This document shows positions 1-10,800 of a stretch of DNA of 64,000 nt, one piece after another. The stretch's first letter is position 1; each line of letters begins with the position of its first letter. The position numbers were made by a program, and so were the translations under genes. A model generated the notes under the pieces. The model had not been told where the DNA came from. It worked only from the letters and a program-made list of their open reading frames with translations, and did no database searches. This DNA is from a virus, in the IMG/VR virus record IMGVR_UViG_3300029267_004179, positions 32,001 through 96,000 of that record; one strand, written 5' to 3'.

Positions 1-118
1 GGAGCTTGATCCTACTTTCATGCATGAAGTGCGTGGAAAGTCTTTAAAGCTTGGTGTGAGAATACTTGGGGATAGCTCTAAAATGTTTGAATATGGCAGG
101 GACAGGGACTGGCTTTAA
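1..118 (+). CDS. 3' end of a phage hypothetical protein (partial)
   Basis: Open frame from nt 2 (ELDPTFMHEVRG...RDWL) ending in TAA at 116-118. Confidence 0.5.
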   Translation, partial: ELDPTFMHEVRGKSLKLGVRILGDSSKMFEYGRDRDWL

Positions 119-206
119 AAATAGCTTTATTAGTTGGGAAATATCTTATATAATAAGTGGAAAGTATCGGGAATAAACTTTTAACCTTAACGATGGAGGG
201 TAGAAA

Positions 207-812
207 ATGACTATAGGAATGATTAATCAGGATATTTTCAACATGGCGTCTTTTATGGAAAGTCTTGGGGAAGTAAAAGGCTCTGGAAAATTCAACTATG
301 CATGTATTAAGAATAGAAGGAAGATTCAACAGGAACTTCGTGATATTCAAAGGGTCGCAAGAGAAATTCAAATGAACGAAGAGTATCTTGCCTTTGAAGA
401 AAAAAGGGTAAAACTTTTCAATTATTATGCCAAAAAAAATCAGGATGGAAGTCCTATAGTTAATATTGAAAATGGTAGACAGGTCTGGGACATCCCGAAA
501 GAAAAAGAAAAAGCATTTGAAAAGGCAAGGGATGAGCTACTTGAAAATAACAAGGTGGTGATGGAAATGCACACCAACTGTCAGCGTAAGGTTCAGGACT
601 TTTTGAATGAGCCTCTTGAACTTGAACTACATAAGATTCGGCCGGATGATATCCCTGATGGTTTAACGGTAAATCAAACAGATGTGATCTACCTTTTTGT
701 CGATGAAGATAAGGGTAGATGCCCTTACTGTAAAAGGGTATATGCAAAGAATGTAAAATGCCATTCTGCTGGCGCTTCTGCCAAGGGCAACGCTATGTGT
801 GGTGGCGGTTGA
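207..812 (+). CDS. phage hypothetical protein, DUF1617-like/tail-fibre-associated helical protein
   Basis: GGAGG RBS; pattern YAKK..DG.P...IP...F....ELL is typical of small phage proteins near fibre genes; C-terminal CPYC. Confidence 0.5.
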   Translation: MTIGMINQDIFNMASFMESLGEVKGSGKFNYACIKNRRKIQQELRDIQRVAREIQMNEEYLAFEEKRVKLFNYYAKKNQDGSPIVNIENGRQVWDIPKEKEKAFEKARDELLENNKVVMEMHTNCQRKVQDFLNEPLELELHKIRPDDIPDGLTVNQTDVIYLFVDEDKGRCPYCKRVYAKNVKCHSAGASAKGNAMCGGG

Positions 813-844
813 AAACTAACAAAAAATAATCGGGGTGAATAACC

Positions 845-3349
845 ATGTCTATTATTACAAGCTATCCATTTTCAAATGGTTCTGAATATACTTTTCCTAA
901 TTCGATAGAGGTGACTGGAGGTAAAGCCCAGCTTGTACTTATAGATAATGCAGGGCAAGTTTTTAATCAACCATTTGATAGCCCAACTGGGTTTACTTTG
1001 GATAGTTCGAAAGCAGAGGTTGTTAATGGTGGGGTATGGCAAAAAGACCAACGACCCGATGCTGGCTTTAGCTTCCGGGCTACCTATAAAAGTTCTATCG
1101 ATGCGGACGTGGGTGACGGCGTGTTGACCGGAACTGGAGTAGGTGGCCCGGTTATAACCGATGGCAAGCTTAATTTGTCAGGAGGGGCAGTTCCTAAATA
1201 TGTTGATTATGATGCTACCTTGAATGCGGATAGTGACCCTTCATTCCAATCCGGTTGTGTAAGGTTCAATGTTACTCCTGATTATACAGGTAGTCCTGCC
1301 GATATTCAGGCGTTCTTTTATATTGCAAACACAGCCGGTTCAAATAATAATGCTGTTGGTTTCTTCCATAGTAATGATGGAAATATTTATTATTCAATTA
1401 GAGATAATGCTGGAGTTTTTATATTTGGAAATATTCTTTTAGGTGCTTGGGCACCCACCTCTGGCGTTGAGTATGAAATGGAGTTCAATTGGTCTATCCA
1501 TCCGACTATTCCAGCACAAACGGAAGTGCGACTTTTTATTGATGGTATTCAATTTGGAGCTACCGGTACTGCTGCTATAGGAACACGTGATACAAACATG
1601 ACCCTTTTACGGATTGGAAATGGTCCGTTGGGTGCTTGGAATACAGATTGTTTTATACGGGATTTTGTTTATTTTCCGGCAGTACAACATGATTCTAATT
1701 ATACTCCTAAGAATAAACATAATGCAAATACACTTACTGCCACCTATACCACCAATGAGGATGGTGTTTATGGCGATGGTGTTCTAACAGGGACTTTAAA
1801 TGGAGCTGCTGCCGTGGTAGGTAATCGTCTTGATCTTACCGGCATGGTTCAAACGGATTATTGTGATTATACTGCCGTTGGAAATGCAGATAGTCAACAA
1901 AGAGGTTGTATCCGATTTAAATTAACGCCGAATTATTCCGGTAGTCCTGCTCAAGACCAATGCTTTTTCAGAATATACGAATTACCAGCTTTTGATGATA
2001 ATGGAATTTGGATTCGTCATCTTGCTGCCGGGAATTTGCATATTAGGATAGAAAATTCAACCGGGGCAAATATAGTCAATAATAATCAAGGTGTTTGGAA
2101 TCCTGTTTCTGGTACTACGTATGAGTTTGAACTTAATTTTGATGTGACTCTTGGCAGAACTCAACTCTTCATTGATGGTGTTCAGTTTGGGGCTACACGA
2201 GCCAATGTAGGAGTAAGGGATCAAGCTACAACCACCGGTTTGAGAATTGGGAATGATGAAGCTTTAGGATATTGGTCTGATTATTACATTGAAGACTTTC
2301 AGTATTTTTATTCACCACAACATATAAAAGACTATACTCCTGCTGTGGCTGCTTTACCTGAGCTTCTTTATGCTGAGTCACTTATACAGCTACCATCATT
2401 TACCTATACAGGACTTGGGGCAATTCAGAACTTTTCAGATATGACATCTACCGAGATTGCAACCCCAAGATATAATTTCAACGGATTTTATTGGAATGGT
2501 TCTGCTTGGGTTTCTTCTAATGGGACTTATGCACAATCAAACGATATTGCTACAATGGCTGCAAATATTTCTTCATTGCCGGGGACTGATACTCCCGTTT
2601 TAAAAATTATTTTTCCTGATGGCAATATATTAAATTCGGTTTCCGATTTAAATCTTGAATATACCGGACAAATATTTTCAACTTCAAATCCAAAAATATA
2701 CCCTAATGAGCTTTTAAATGCAGAAGGGCTTGTTGATTTTGCCGCTACCATAACTGCTGCCGGCGCTGATGATGTTCGATTCACTATATCTGTTGATGGG
2801 GTAGAAATGTGGTGGGCCGGTGCTGCTTGGGCTGCATCAACCGGTTATGCCGATACAAACGATGCCGCAACTATCCTTGCCAATGCAGCCTCTTTTACTC
2901 TTTTGATTGCTGCTGGCGCTCAAATAAGACCGGTTGTTCATCTACATAGTAATGCCGGGGATACAACTCCTGATATTGATCTGCTCACAATCGAATTTGA
3001 TTTTTTGAATCCTCCTGATCCTGATCCGTTGAAGTGCATGATTTCCGGTTATGCTATCGATGCCGGCGGCAATGTCTGTCCGAATGCTGCGTTGGTCTTC
3101 ACACCTTCTGATAGTGGCGTTTTGGATACCAAAAATTACTTTATTACGAAGGATGGGATTAATAATGCAGCTGATGTAAACGGGTATTTTGAGCAGGAAA
3201 TTATTCGACAAGCCGAGTATTATCCAGATGGGATAACAATTAATGTCAGTATAAAACCTACTGGTGGGACAAACCATATAATTGAAAATCTTGTAATTCC
3301 TGATCAAGGAGCGATTGACTTTAATGAGCTTGTCAAAGCAAACAGTTAA
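845..3349 (+). CDS. virion structural protein with two tandem LamG/concanavalin-like domains
   Basis: Internal duplication (GDGVLTGT...NADS..Q.GC.RF..TP.Y.GSPA...LFIDG.QFGAT...LRIGN); lies before the head-tail adaptor. Confidence 0.7.
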   Translation: MSIITSYPFSNGSEYTFPNSIEVTGGKAQLVLIDNAGQVFNQPFDSPTGFTLDSSKAEVVNGGVWQKDQRPDAGFSFRATYKSSIDADVGDGVLTGTGVGGPVITDGKLNLSGGAVPKYVDYDATLNADSDPSFQSGCVRFNVTPDYTGSPADIQAFFYIANTAGSNNNAVGFFHSNDGNIYYSIRDNAGVFIFGNILLGAWAPTSGVEYEMEFNWSIHPTIPAQTEVRLFIDGIQFGATGTAAIGTRDTNMTLLRIGNGPLGAWNTDCFIRDFVYFPAVQHDSNYTPKNKHNANTLTATYTTNEDGVYGDGVLTGTLNGAAAVVGNRLDLTGMVQTDYCDYTAVGNADSQQRGCIRFKLTPNYSGSPAQDQCFFRIYELPAFDDNGIWIRHLAAGNLHIRIENSTGANIVNNNQGVWNPVSGTTYEFELNFDVTLGRTQLFIDGVQFGATRANVGVRDQATTTGLRIGNDEALGYWSDYYIEDFQYFYSPQHIKDYTPAVAALPELLYAESLIQLPSFTYTGLGAIQNFSDMTSTEIATPRYNFNGFYWNGSAWVSSNGTYAQSNDIATMAANISSLPGTDTPVLKIIFPDGNILNSVSDLNLEYTGQIFSTSNPKIYPNELLNAEGLVDFAATITAAGADDVRFTISVDGVEMWWAGAAWAASTGYADTNDAATILANAASFTLLIAAGAQIRPVVHLHSNAGDTTPDIDLLTIEFDFLNPPDPDPLKCMISGYAIDAGGNVCPNAALVFTPSDSGVLDTKNYFITKDGINNAADVNGYFEQEIIRQAEYYPDGITINVSIKPTGGTNHIIENLVIPDQGAIDFNELVKANS

Positions 3350-3358
3350 GGTGAGGCC

Positions 3359-3880
3359 ATGGCGATTATAGTTGAAGATGGAACAGTAGTAGCAGGAGCA
3401 AATTCATATGTGGATATTCCTTATGTTGATGTTTACACTAACGATCTTGGACTATCATGGACCGGTTCTGCCACCGATAAGGAAAGAGCAATAAAAAGAG
3501 GGATGAGATACCTTGAAGGACTTGTTTGGGAAGGGACAAAAACAAATAGGGACAATCCTCTTGAATGGCCGAGATATGATGTCACCGATAAGAATGGATA
3601 TTGCATTGATAGTGATGTTGTTCCTGAAGTAGTTAAAAAAGCACTTTGTGAAGCATCGGTTCTTGAGCTTGCAACTCCTGGAATCCTCCAGCCGAACATG
3701 GGTAGTGCTGATGGGAAAGAGATTAAACGGGAAAAGGTAGATGTCCTTGAAACAGAATATTTTGAAGGTCAAAAATATGGAAAAAAGGAGACTACTCAGT
3801 TCACGATCATTTTAGACTTGTTAACTGGCTTGCTTTCAAATGAATTTTCCGGTGCTTTTTTTGATGTTGTAAGGACATAG
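3359..3880 (+). CDS. head-tail adaptor (DnaT_2-like family)
   Basis: IVEDGT.V.GANSYV N-terminus, LEWPR, VP..VK.A.CE, REKVDVLETEY. Confidence 0.85.
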   Translation: MAIIVEDGTVVAGANSYVDIPYVDVYTNDLGLSWTGSATDKERAIKRGMRYLEGLVWEGTKTNRDNPLEWPRYDVTDKNGYCIDSDVVPEVVKKALCEASVLELATPGILQPNMGSADGKEIKREKVDVLETEYFEGQKYGKKETTQFTIILDLLTGLLSNEFSGAFFDVVRT

Positions 3881-3884
3881 TAAA

Positions 3885-4490
3885 ATGGCCGACTATACAA
3901 GACAAGTTCAAGGTGCCTATGATCTGATCAAAAGAAAGGGTCTCTTGATAGCTGTGAGAAGATATACAGCTTCAACTGGTGGTACTTATAATCCGATCAT
4001 AGATGAGAAGGTAATTTATGAGGCTGAACTTAACGGGGCCGTAGGGATTGGTGATCTTGCTTTAACAATTCAAAATCAAACCGGTGTCTTCCCTGCTACC
4101 GGTGGGGAAATACAAATAGATAATGAGCAGATTAGCTATACAGCTGCTGCTGGAAATGTCTTGGCCGGATTGACAAGAGGAATTAATGGGACTTCTCCTG
4201 CTGCTCATTTAGACTTAGCAAAGGTTTATCTAATTCAAGCAAGGGATATTTATTCTGATTATTCTACATATGCTGTTTTAACAAATTATGAAGACAGGCA
4301 TATAGATGGTACTTTAATTCAGGAAGGGGATTTAAAGGCTTTGATTTCTCCTTTCAATTTGGCTGTTGTTATCAAGGTGACTGATAAGTTGGTTGTGGAT
4401 GGGATTGTATGGAATATTGTCCGTGTTCCAAAAGTAGCACCGGCAGGAATGTCTCAAGTTGTGTTATATAAACTTCAGATTAGATCATAG
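3885..4490 (+). CDS. head closure/head-tail joining protein with an inserted beta domain
   Basis: LI.RKG, IDGTLIQEGD, P.G...LYKLQ.R motifs and gene position. Confidence 0.75.
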   Translation: MADYTRQVQGAYDLIKRKGLLIAVRRYTASTGGTYNPIIDEKVIYEAELNGAVGIGDLALTIQNQTGVFPATGGEIQIDNEQISYTAAAGNVLAGLTRGINGTSPAAHLDLAKVYLIQARDIYSDYSTYAVLTNYEDRHIDGTLIQEGDLKALISPFNLAVVIKVTDKLVVDGIVWNIVRVPKVAPAGMSQVVLYKLQIRS

Positions 4491-4520
4491 AGTTTGTTTC
4501 ATTTAAGATTCTACACCTAT

Positions 4521-4583
4521 AAAATAAAAAACTAATACCTATATATAGGGTAAAAATTTTATAGGCCTTAAAAGGGGAATAAG
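4521..4583 (+). repeat. dispersed intergenic element, copy 1
   Basis: AAAAACTAATACCTATA-TATAGGGTAAAAATTTTATAGG-CCTTAAAA; core 4544-4565. Confidence 0.95.
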
Positions 4584-4585
4584 AA

Positions 4586-5077
4586 GTGATTGACCCAAAG
4601 TTAAAAGGTAGAATTACAAGAAATGCAAATCGGTTTTCAAGAAACCTTGAATTGATGGCTTCCTTTGCAGAAAACAATGTGGAGCAAATCATCAGGAAGT
4701 CAGTTATTGATTTATTCGGAAAACTTGTAGAAAGAACACCTGTCGATACCGGTCATGCAAGAGCAAATTGGAATATTGACACCAAATTTGATCCTTCTTT
4801 GGTTACAAGAGTAGTTGCGTCAGATGTAAGAAAGTCAAGAAAAGCAGGAGCGGCAGGTAAATCAAACGAAGTAAAGTCAATTACAGCACAAAAGGCAAGA
4901 GAATTTGAATACAATATCGTGGATCAGGTTATAGTTATTTATAACAATGTCCCTTATATTGAAGCGTTGGAAAACGGCCATAGTAAACAAGCAGCGCAGG
5001 GATTTATAGCAATGACAGTAAAGGAGTTTTCAGATCAGTTTTCAGCGAATGCAAGGCAACTTGCAGGGGAAATATAA
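4586..5077 (+). CDS. HK97 gp10-like tail completion/neck protein
   Basis: TPVDTG.ARANW and NNVPYI..LE.GHS.QA..G motifs. Confidence 0.9.
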   Translation: MIDPKLKGRITRNANRFSRNLELMASFAENNVEQIIRKSVIDLFGKLVERTPVDTGHARANWNIDTKFDPSLVTRVVASDVRKSRKAGAAGKSNEVKSITAQKAREFEYNIVDQVIVIYNNVPYIEALENGHSKQAAQGFIAMTVKEFSDQFSANARQLAGEI

Positions 5078-5512
5078 ATGAATGTAGAAGATATCAGGGA
5101 AGCTTTCAATGGGTTTTTGAATGCGAATTGGACTAAAACTCCTATAGCATGGCCGAATAGGGATTTTGATATTGAAACTGATTCAAATTCAAAGGGGGAA
5201 TTCATCAGGGCTTTTACAAGACTTGGCAACGCCTATATCGGGGAGATAGGTGAGCGTACTACCGGAGCAGTCGGACATAGGTCAGGAATCTTTATGGTTT
5301 CTGTTTATGTTTTAAAGAATACGGGAACAAAGGTTGCTCTTGGATATGCTAAAGATTTGGAGGACTTGTTTAGAAGGGAAGACTTGAATCTTGTAGTAAA
5401 TGATAACTGCGGTTGTATCATAGATGAACCATACACTTATGAGATGGGGCCGGATGATCAGCACTACGGGGTTATGGTGGTTGTTCCTTTCAGCACGTTC
5501 ACTGGCGATTAA
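5078..5512 (+). CDS. tail terminator protein (DUF4128-like)
   Basis: TPIAWPN..F motif; lies between the gp10-like gene and the tail tube. Confidence 0.75.
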   Translation: MNVEDIREAFNGFLNANWTKTPIAWPNRDFDIETDSNSKGEFIRAFTRLGNAYIGEIGERTTGAVGHRSGIFMVSVYVLKNTGTKVALGYAKDLEDLFRREDLNLVVNDNCGCIIDEPYTYEMGPDDQHYGVMVVVPFSTFTGD

Positions 5513-5545
5513 CTTTTAACCTATTCTACCCATAGGAGGTACATT

Positions 5546-6940
5546 ATGGCTTCTTGTTCAGACATCGGAATTAGCAGGAAAAAGAAGGTGTTTGCCGTAA
5601 TTGAGAGTACTTGCGGCACACTTGAATTTCCGGCTACTACAGATGCGGTAATCCCTGCCGGTGATGCGATGATAAATCAAGTCCCGGCATTTGTTAACAG
5701 CGAAGAAATTGTTGACAGCCTTGATATTATGGATCAATTCCAGTCTGCAAATCCGCCCGGTACGTGGGAGGTTCCTATGTACTTGAGGCCGGATGCTACT
5801 CTTGGCAATGATCCACAAGGGGATGCCTTTTTTCAATCAATGCAGGGGAGTAAGAACCCTGCAACTACTTGTGCTGTTGATGATGTGGCTGGTGTTGCTA
5901 TCCCGGATACCACCATTGACTTTGACACATTGGCTGGTGGCAACCTGCCCGAAAGGGGAGTTATCACTCTTGGTGCTGAAAACATCCACTATACCGGTAT
6001 CACTTGGACTTCTTCTACTGCTGGAACCATTACTGGATGTACGAGAGGATATAACGGCACCGTGGCTGCGGCCCATCTCGATGGTGCTGCTATTACCCTT
6101 TCATCTGTTTTCTATAAACAAACCACCGATCCACCTGCATTTTCCTTGTGGATTGAATCAGATCATTTTATTCAGGGGCTTTCCGGTGCTACCGTTAACA
6201 CTGCCACACTTGCTATCTCAAATGAAGGTGCTACTATGATTACCTTTTCCGGTGAAGGTATGCAAATGGTATGGGCCGGTACGGATGAGCTTGCTGCAAA
6301 TGCTCTTGCTGCCCAAGCAGATATCGTTGTTGTCGAATCGAAGAAATATTCTCCAGGAGCAAGAATTTACAACTATACTACCGGTGATGATAATGCCGGT
6401 GCTGGCTTTGAAATTCTTTCCATCGACTATACCACCGATACCATCACCATGGGAACAAATGTTCCTGTTGGTGGTTGGACCCTTGCTGATGTTATTAAGG
6501 GTTTTCTACCTGCAGTTACGGAAGTTGGAAGTCCTATTGAATCAAGGTATACCGCAATTGACCTTGACGGTGTTGCCGGTGTTCTGCGGACAACCGACTT
6601 CAACTACTCTGTCCCGAAGCAGTATATCACTGATGAAGTGGGTATCACCTTTCCGCAGTCCTTTGTGCCGGATACACGGGATATAACTTCTTCAATGAAT
6701 ATCTACTTCAGACAGGCCGATGCCGCATATTTTTATGATGGCTTTCAGGGGAATGAAAAGGCTGTCGGGATTGCTTTTGGTGAGCAGACCGGCACCAATC
6801 GGCATTTTGACTTTTATCATCCAAGAGTCAAAATTCAAACCCCTGAAGTCTCTTCTGATGGACCTACCTTGGTGTTGACTATGGGTATGACTGCCCTTGG
6901 CACCAATGGTGAAGATTCTTTAGAGATTGGTGTTCATTAA
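5546..6940 (+). CDS. major tail tube protein with inserted accessory domains
   Basis: Strong RBS; position before chaperone and tape measure; tube-like C-terminus (P.VKI.TP.VS..GP....M...ALG). Confidence 0.8.
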   Translation: MASCSDIGISRKKKVFAVIESTCGTLEFPATTDAVIPAGDAMINQVPAFVNSEEIVDSLDIMDQFQSANPPGTWEVPMYLRPDATLGNDPQGDAFFQSMQGSKNPATTCAVDDVAGVAIPDTTIDFDTLAGGNLPERGVITLGAENIHYTGITWTSSTAGTITGCTRGYNGTVAAAHLDGAAITLSSVFYKQTTDPPAFSLWIESDHFIQGLSGATVNTATLAISNEGATMITFSGEGMQMVWAGTDELAANALAAQADIVVVESKKYSPGARIYNYTTGDDNAGAGFEILSIDYTTDTITMGTNVPVGGWTLADVIKGFLPAVTEVGSPIESRYTAIDLDGVAGVLRTTDFNYSVPKQYITDEVGITFPQSFVPDTRDITSSMNIYFRQADAAYFYDGFQGNEKAVGIAFGEQTGTNRHFDFYHPRVKIQTPEVSSDGPTLVLTMGMTALGTNGEDSLEIGVH

Positions 6941-6944
6941 TCGT

Positions 6945-7087
6945 TGGTCCTACACTACCCTCTATGTTTAGGACAAGGTAGTTCTTGATGGTGGATAGGC
7001 TTGATATCAGCTGATAAAGCAGGGCTTCCCGACCTGCTTTCCACCATTATCTTTATTAATCGGGACAGCAAAAAAGGAGAACGGGAA
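6945..7087 (+). ncRNA. candidate cis-regulatory structured RNA between tail tube and chaperone genes
   Basis: GTCCTA/TAGGAC stem with loop ACTACC complementary to downstream GGTAGT; ATGGTGG/CCACCAT and AAAGCAGG/CCTGCTTT stems; loop TTCCCGA complementary to TCGGGA and to CGGGAA next to the ATG. Confidence 0.5.
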
Positions 7088-7525
7088 ATGGCATTTAAAA
7101 TTAATGTTGAAGCGGAAATTAACAAGATAGTTCTGCGGGGTAAAAAAGGTGAAAAGATCGCATCTTTTGATGTTAAACTGCTCCAACCTGCCGAATTTGA
7201 AAAAATTATCAAGAAACATCAAGATTATATCTGGGATTCACCTACCAGAAGGGCAAAAAAGGAAAGGTTCACCGAGCCTAATTTTTCAGCAATTTCCGAA
7301 GATCGATTTTGTAAACTGATTATTGATTGGCAAGGAATTGTTGGTCCTGATGGCAAAGAATTTCCTTGCACAGAGGAAAACAAAAAGATAGTTTATCAAA
7401 ACAACCCTGCTTTGGTTGAGTGGTTTTTCAGTCAAATAGAAGAGTTAACCACCTTGCAAGTTGATAAGCTTAAAGGAGAGGAAAAAAACTCAGGGAATGG
7501 GCCGAATGGAGAGAAAGAAAAGTAG
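7088..7525 (+). CDS. tail assembly chaperone (gpG-like)
   Basis: AAGGAGA RBS before ATG 7088; IIDW.GI...DG...PCT.ENK motif; ends EEKN at a slippery site. Confidence 0.85.
   Translation: MAFKINVEAEINKIVLRGKKGEKIASFDVKLLQPAEFEKIIKKHQDYIWDSPTRRAKKERFTEPNFSAISEDRFCKLIIDWQGIVGPDGKEFPCTEENKKIVYQNNPALVEWFFSQIEELTTLQVDKLKGEEKNSGNGPNGEKEK
7483..7489 (+). promoter_or_regulatory. -1 programmed ribosomal frameshift site A AAA AAC
   Basis: Canonical X XXY YYZ heptamer in the gpG frame; the -1 frame stays open to 7899. Confidence 0.85.
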
Positions 7526-7899
7526 TCAATTGTGAGGATTGTGAACTTTTGTATAAAGGTGAGCCACCATGCGAAGAATGCGACAAACCAGAACTTCTAC
7601 CGGAGAATTATCAAGCATGGCAACTATGGAATCTTGCTTCTTTACATGGCCGGCCACCTTCTTTTTCAGGCATTCACCCAATATCCCATAGTGAATTAAT
7701 AAGTATCTGTGAAACACATGATGTAGGCAAGGAAATATACGACAAAATTTTAATTATTGAAAGTGTTGAGTTACCTTTAATTAGAAAAAAACAAGAAGAC
7801 GAAGCTGAAAAAAGAAAAAAGCATTTGGCTGCTAAAAGGCCGCCAACTACCAGGGGCAGAAGGTCATTCACTCCAAAAAGACCTATCAGGAGAAGGTAA
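7489..7899 (+). CDS. tail assembly chaperone gpGT extension (frameshift product)
   Basis: -1 frame reads LREWAEWRERKVVNCEDCELLYKGEPPCEECDKPELLPEN..AW; ends overlapping the tape measure ATG. Confidence 0.8.
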   Translation, partial: LREWAEWRERKVVNCEDCELLYKGEPPCEECDKPELLPENYQAWQLWNLASLHGRPPSFSGIHPISHSELISICETHDVGKEIYDKILIIESVELPLIRKKQEDEAEKRKKHLAAKRPPTTRGRRSFTPKRPIRRR

Positions 7900-10800
7900 T
7901 GTTTGCCGGTTATAAAATAGAAGTTGATACCAAGACTGCCAATATTGCTACCGCAAAATTAAGGAACAATCTTAAAGGTGTTGGTGGGCAAGCTAAAATC
8001 AGCGAAAAGGAAATGAGACGCCTTGAGTCAAGAATGAAAAAGGGTCTTGGTGCTGGTAAAGCTGCAAAGGATATGGAGTCATTGGCAAGAGCTACCAAAA
8101 TGACCCGCCTTGAAGTTGCCCGTTTTCAAGCAAAGGTAGGAAATTATTCCGGTGCTTTGGCTACTCTTTCTGGCGGTGCCAAAAAAGCCTATAATTCTTT
8201 GTTCAGTTTGAAAACTATGTTTGCATCTATGGGTGCTGCTATGGCTACCGGCGCAATCATCACTGCCGGTAAGAACTTCGAACAAACAATGGCGATAGTT
8301 CGAGGTGTCACTGGCGCTACCATAGAAGAGTTTGATGAGTTGTCTGCTGCTGCCCGCAGAATGGGTGAACAAACAGAATGGTCTGCAACACAAGCTGGTG
8401 ATTCACTTCGATTTCTTGCTATGGCCGGTTTTACCGTACAAGAAGCAATCACTGCCCTTCCATCTACCCTTAATCTTGCTACTGCTGGAAACCTTGAGCT
8501 TGGCCGTGCTGCCGATATTGCATCTAATGCTATGACTGCATTAGGGCTTTCTGCGGAAGACCTTTCAAGAGTTAATGATGTCTTTGTCGCTACAGCTACC
8601 AGAAGTAATTCAACTGTTGAAATGCTTGCTGAATCCTTTAAATATGTTGCGCCTACCGCAAAAGCACTGGGTTATGAAGTTGAAGAGCTTAATGCTTATC
8701 TTGGAAAGTTGCATGATGCTGGCATTCAAGGTTCTATGGCAGGTACACAATTAAATCAAGCTATGCTAAGAACTCATAAAGTCTTTAAGAAGCTTGGTAT
8801 AGATGGTGAAGGAAAGAGTTTGCTTGATGCTCTTGAGGCAATGAAAGAGGCACAATGGGGTGTCAACGAAGTAATGGGGGTCTTCGCCGGTCGTGGTGGC
8901 AGGGCTATCCTTACATTGATGGATATGACCGATGGTATTAATAGTTTAACAGAAGCAAATAAAAACTCTGCCGGGGAAGCAAAACGACTTGCAGATATAA
9001 TGCGGGATACTGTTCACGGTAGTTTTAAAAGGGTCGCTTCTGTTATTGAATCGGTAATGCTTGATATATTTGAAGAGTATAAAGGTAGCTTAAAAGAACT
9101 TTTACAAGATACTGCCGAATGGATAGAACAAAACAAGACTGGCCTTGTTGGGTTTGTGACTGCTCTTGGAGAAGGGGCAAAAACAGCTACTGATTCTCTT
9201 GCAGCTATTGGTGGTTCTCTTGATGCTATCAGAAAGAGTTCTGGTTTTATTGGAGATTCATTTTCCGACCATCCTGAAATCTTGACCTTTGGCATGATGG
9301 GTCTTTTCCTTTTTGGAGTTCAAGGCGGTGCTGTTGTAGGCACACTTGCAATGGTTGTTAATTATTTGAATGATGCCTCCAAAATGGCTGGAATGATAGC
9401 CGGTGGTGCTGTTGATTTTTCTACTTTTATGGATAGTAATAATAAGGATATGAAGGAGTTAATTGTGGCATTTGAAAGGGGCGGCAATGCCGGTGTTGAA
9501 TTTGTAGAAAAGCAGAGAAGAATCAAGGAACTTCAAATTTATTACGCTGACTTAAGAACAGAACTTAAGAAGACAACTGATATGCAAGATAGTTGGAGAG
9601 GAAGTTTTGTCAGTTCTTTTTATACAAAAGGTGACGACCCATATTCAAAGGAACTTGAAAAGACAAAAACAAAGATAATAGAAGTTAAGGCTGAGTTGGG
9701 TTTACTTCAAGCTCAGTCTGAAAATTATATAGATGTTTGGCAACATAAAGCTCAAGATATTTCAGCCCCATTAAGAAAACAAACAACTGAAACACTTCTT
9801 GCTTCTAAAGCAATGAAAGCATATAATGACAGTATTTATGCAATGAGGGGTAAACAAGAAGTAGTACCGGCAGACAACAGTAAATCTTTGGCTAAAATGG
9901 AAAAATATATCGAGGAAGTAAAAACCTTAAATATGTCCGCAAGGGAAGCGGATTTATATGATCAACAAAAGTGGTATGAAGAAAGACTCACTCATTTTGA
10001 AAAGTACGGTGGTGACATTGAAGCTCTTAACAAAGCAAACAACAAAACTATATCTGAAATAAATAAGAAGTACAGAAAAGACGCAATCAATGCTGATAAA
10101 AAAGCTTATGATAAACGCCTCAAGGCGATGGAAGATTATAAAAAGGGAATTCAGTCATATGCTGATGATTGGGCAGATATAAACAAAGAACTTGCGGTAG
10201 GTTTTGCTATTTCCCCCGAAGCAAACGAAGAAAGAACTGATTTTATGGAAGTGCAAAACGAATGGGACAGTATCACAGTTGATATTGAAAATGCAGCAAA
10301 AGAAGCAAGAGAAATCTGGAGGGATGCCTCTGAAGATATATCGGAAGACCTGTCTGATGCTTTCGGTAGTTTTATTGATGGGACTTATGATTCATGGGAT
10401 GATCTTGTTGACCATATGATGTCTACCTTTCAAGGTGCTGCTACTGAAATAGCAAATAAACAAATTAAAATGCTCTTTACTGATCCTGGCGGTGAAGAAA
10501 TAAAAATGACTGAGATGGAAAAGTATGCTGCTGGTGGAGGTGCCATTGCTTCTGCATTTCAGGCTTATCAAAGTGCAAAACAAGGACAGGCAGGTGCAGC
10601 TATAGCTCAAGGCGTAGGTGCAGCATTGATGGCCTATGCTGCGGCGTCTGGGAGTGCCTATGTTATGATGGCGGCGGCAGTGGTGTCTGCTTTGGGTGGT
10701 CTTTTTGGTTCTCCTTCAGGTGGTGGTGGAATGAGACAATGGCAAGTAAGATATGATCCTTATAGGAGAATGACAGATGAAGAGCTTGCCATAGCGAAGA

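Noticed and set aside
6985-7050. tRNA gene
   Set aside because: A T-arm-like hairpin is present, but there is no full cloverleaf or anticodon arm
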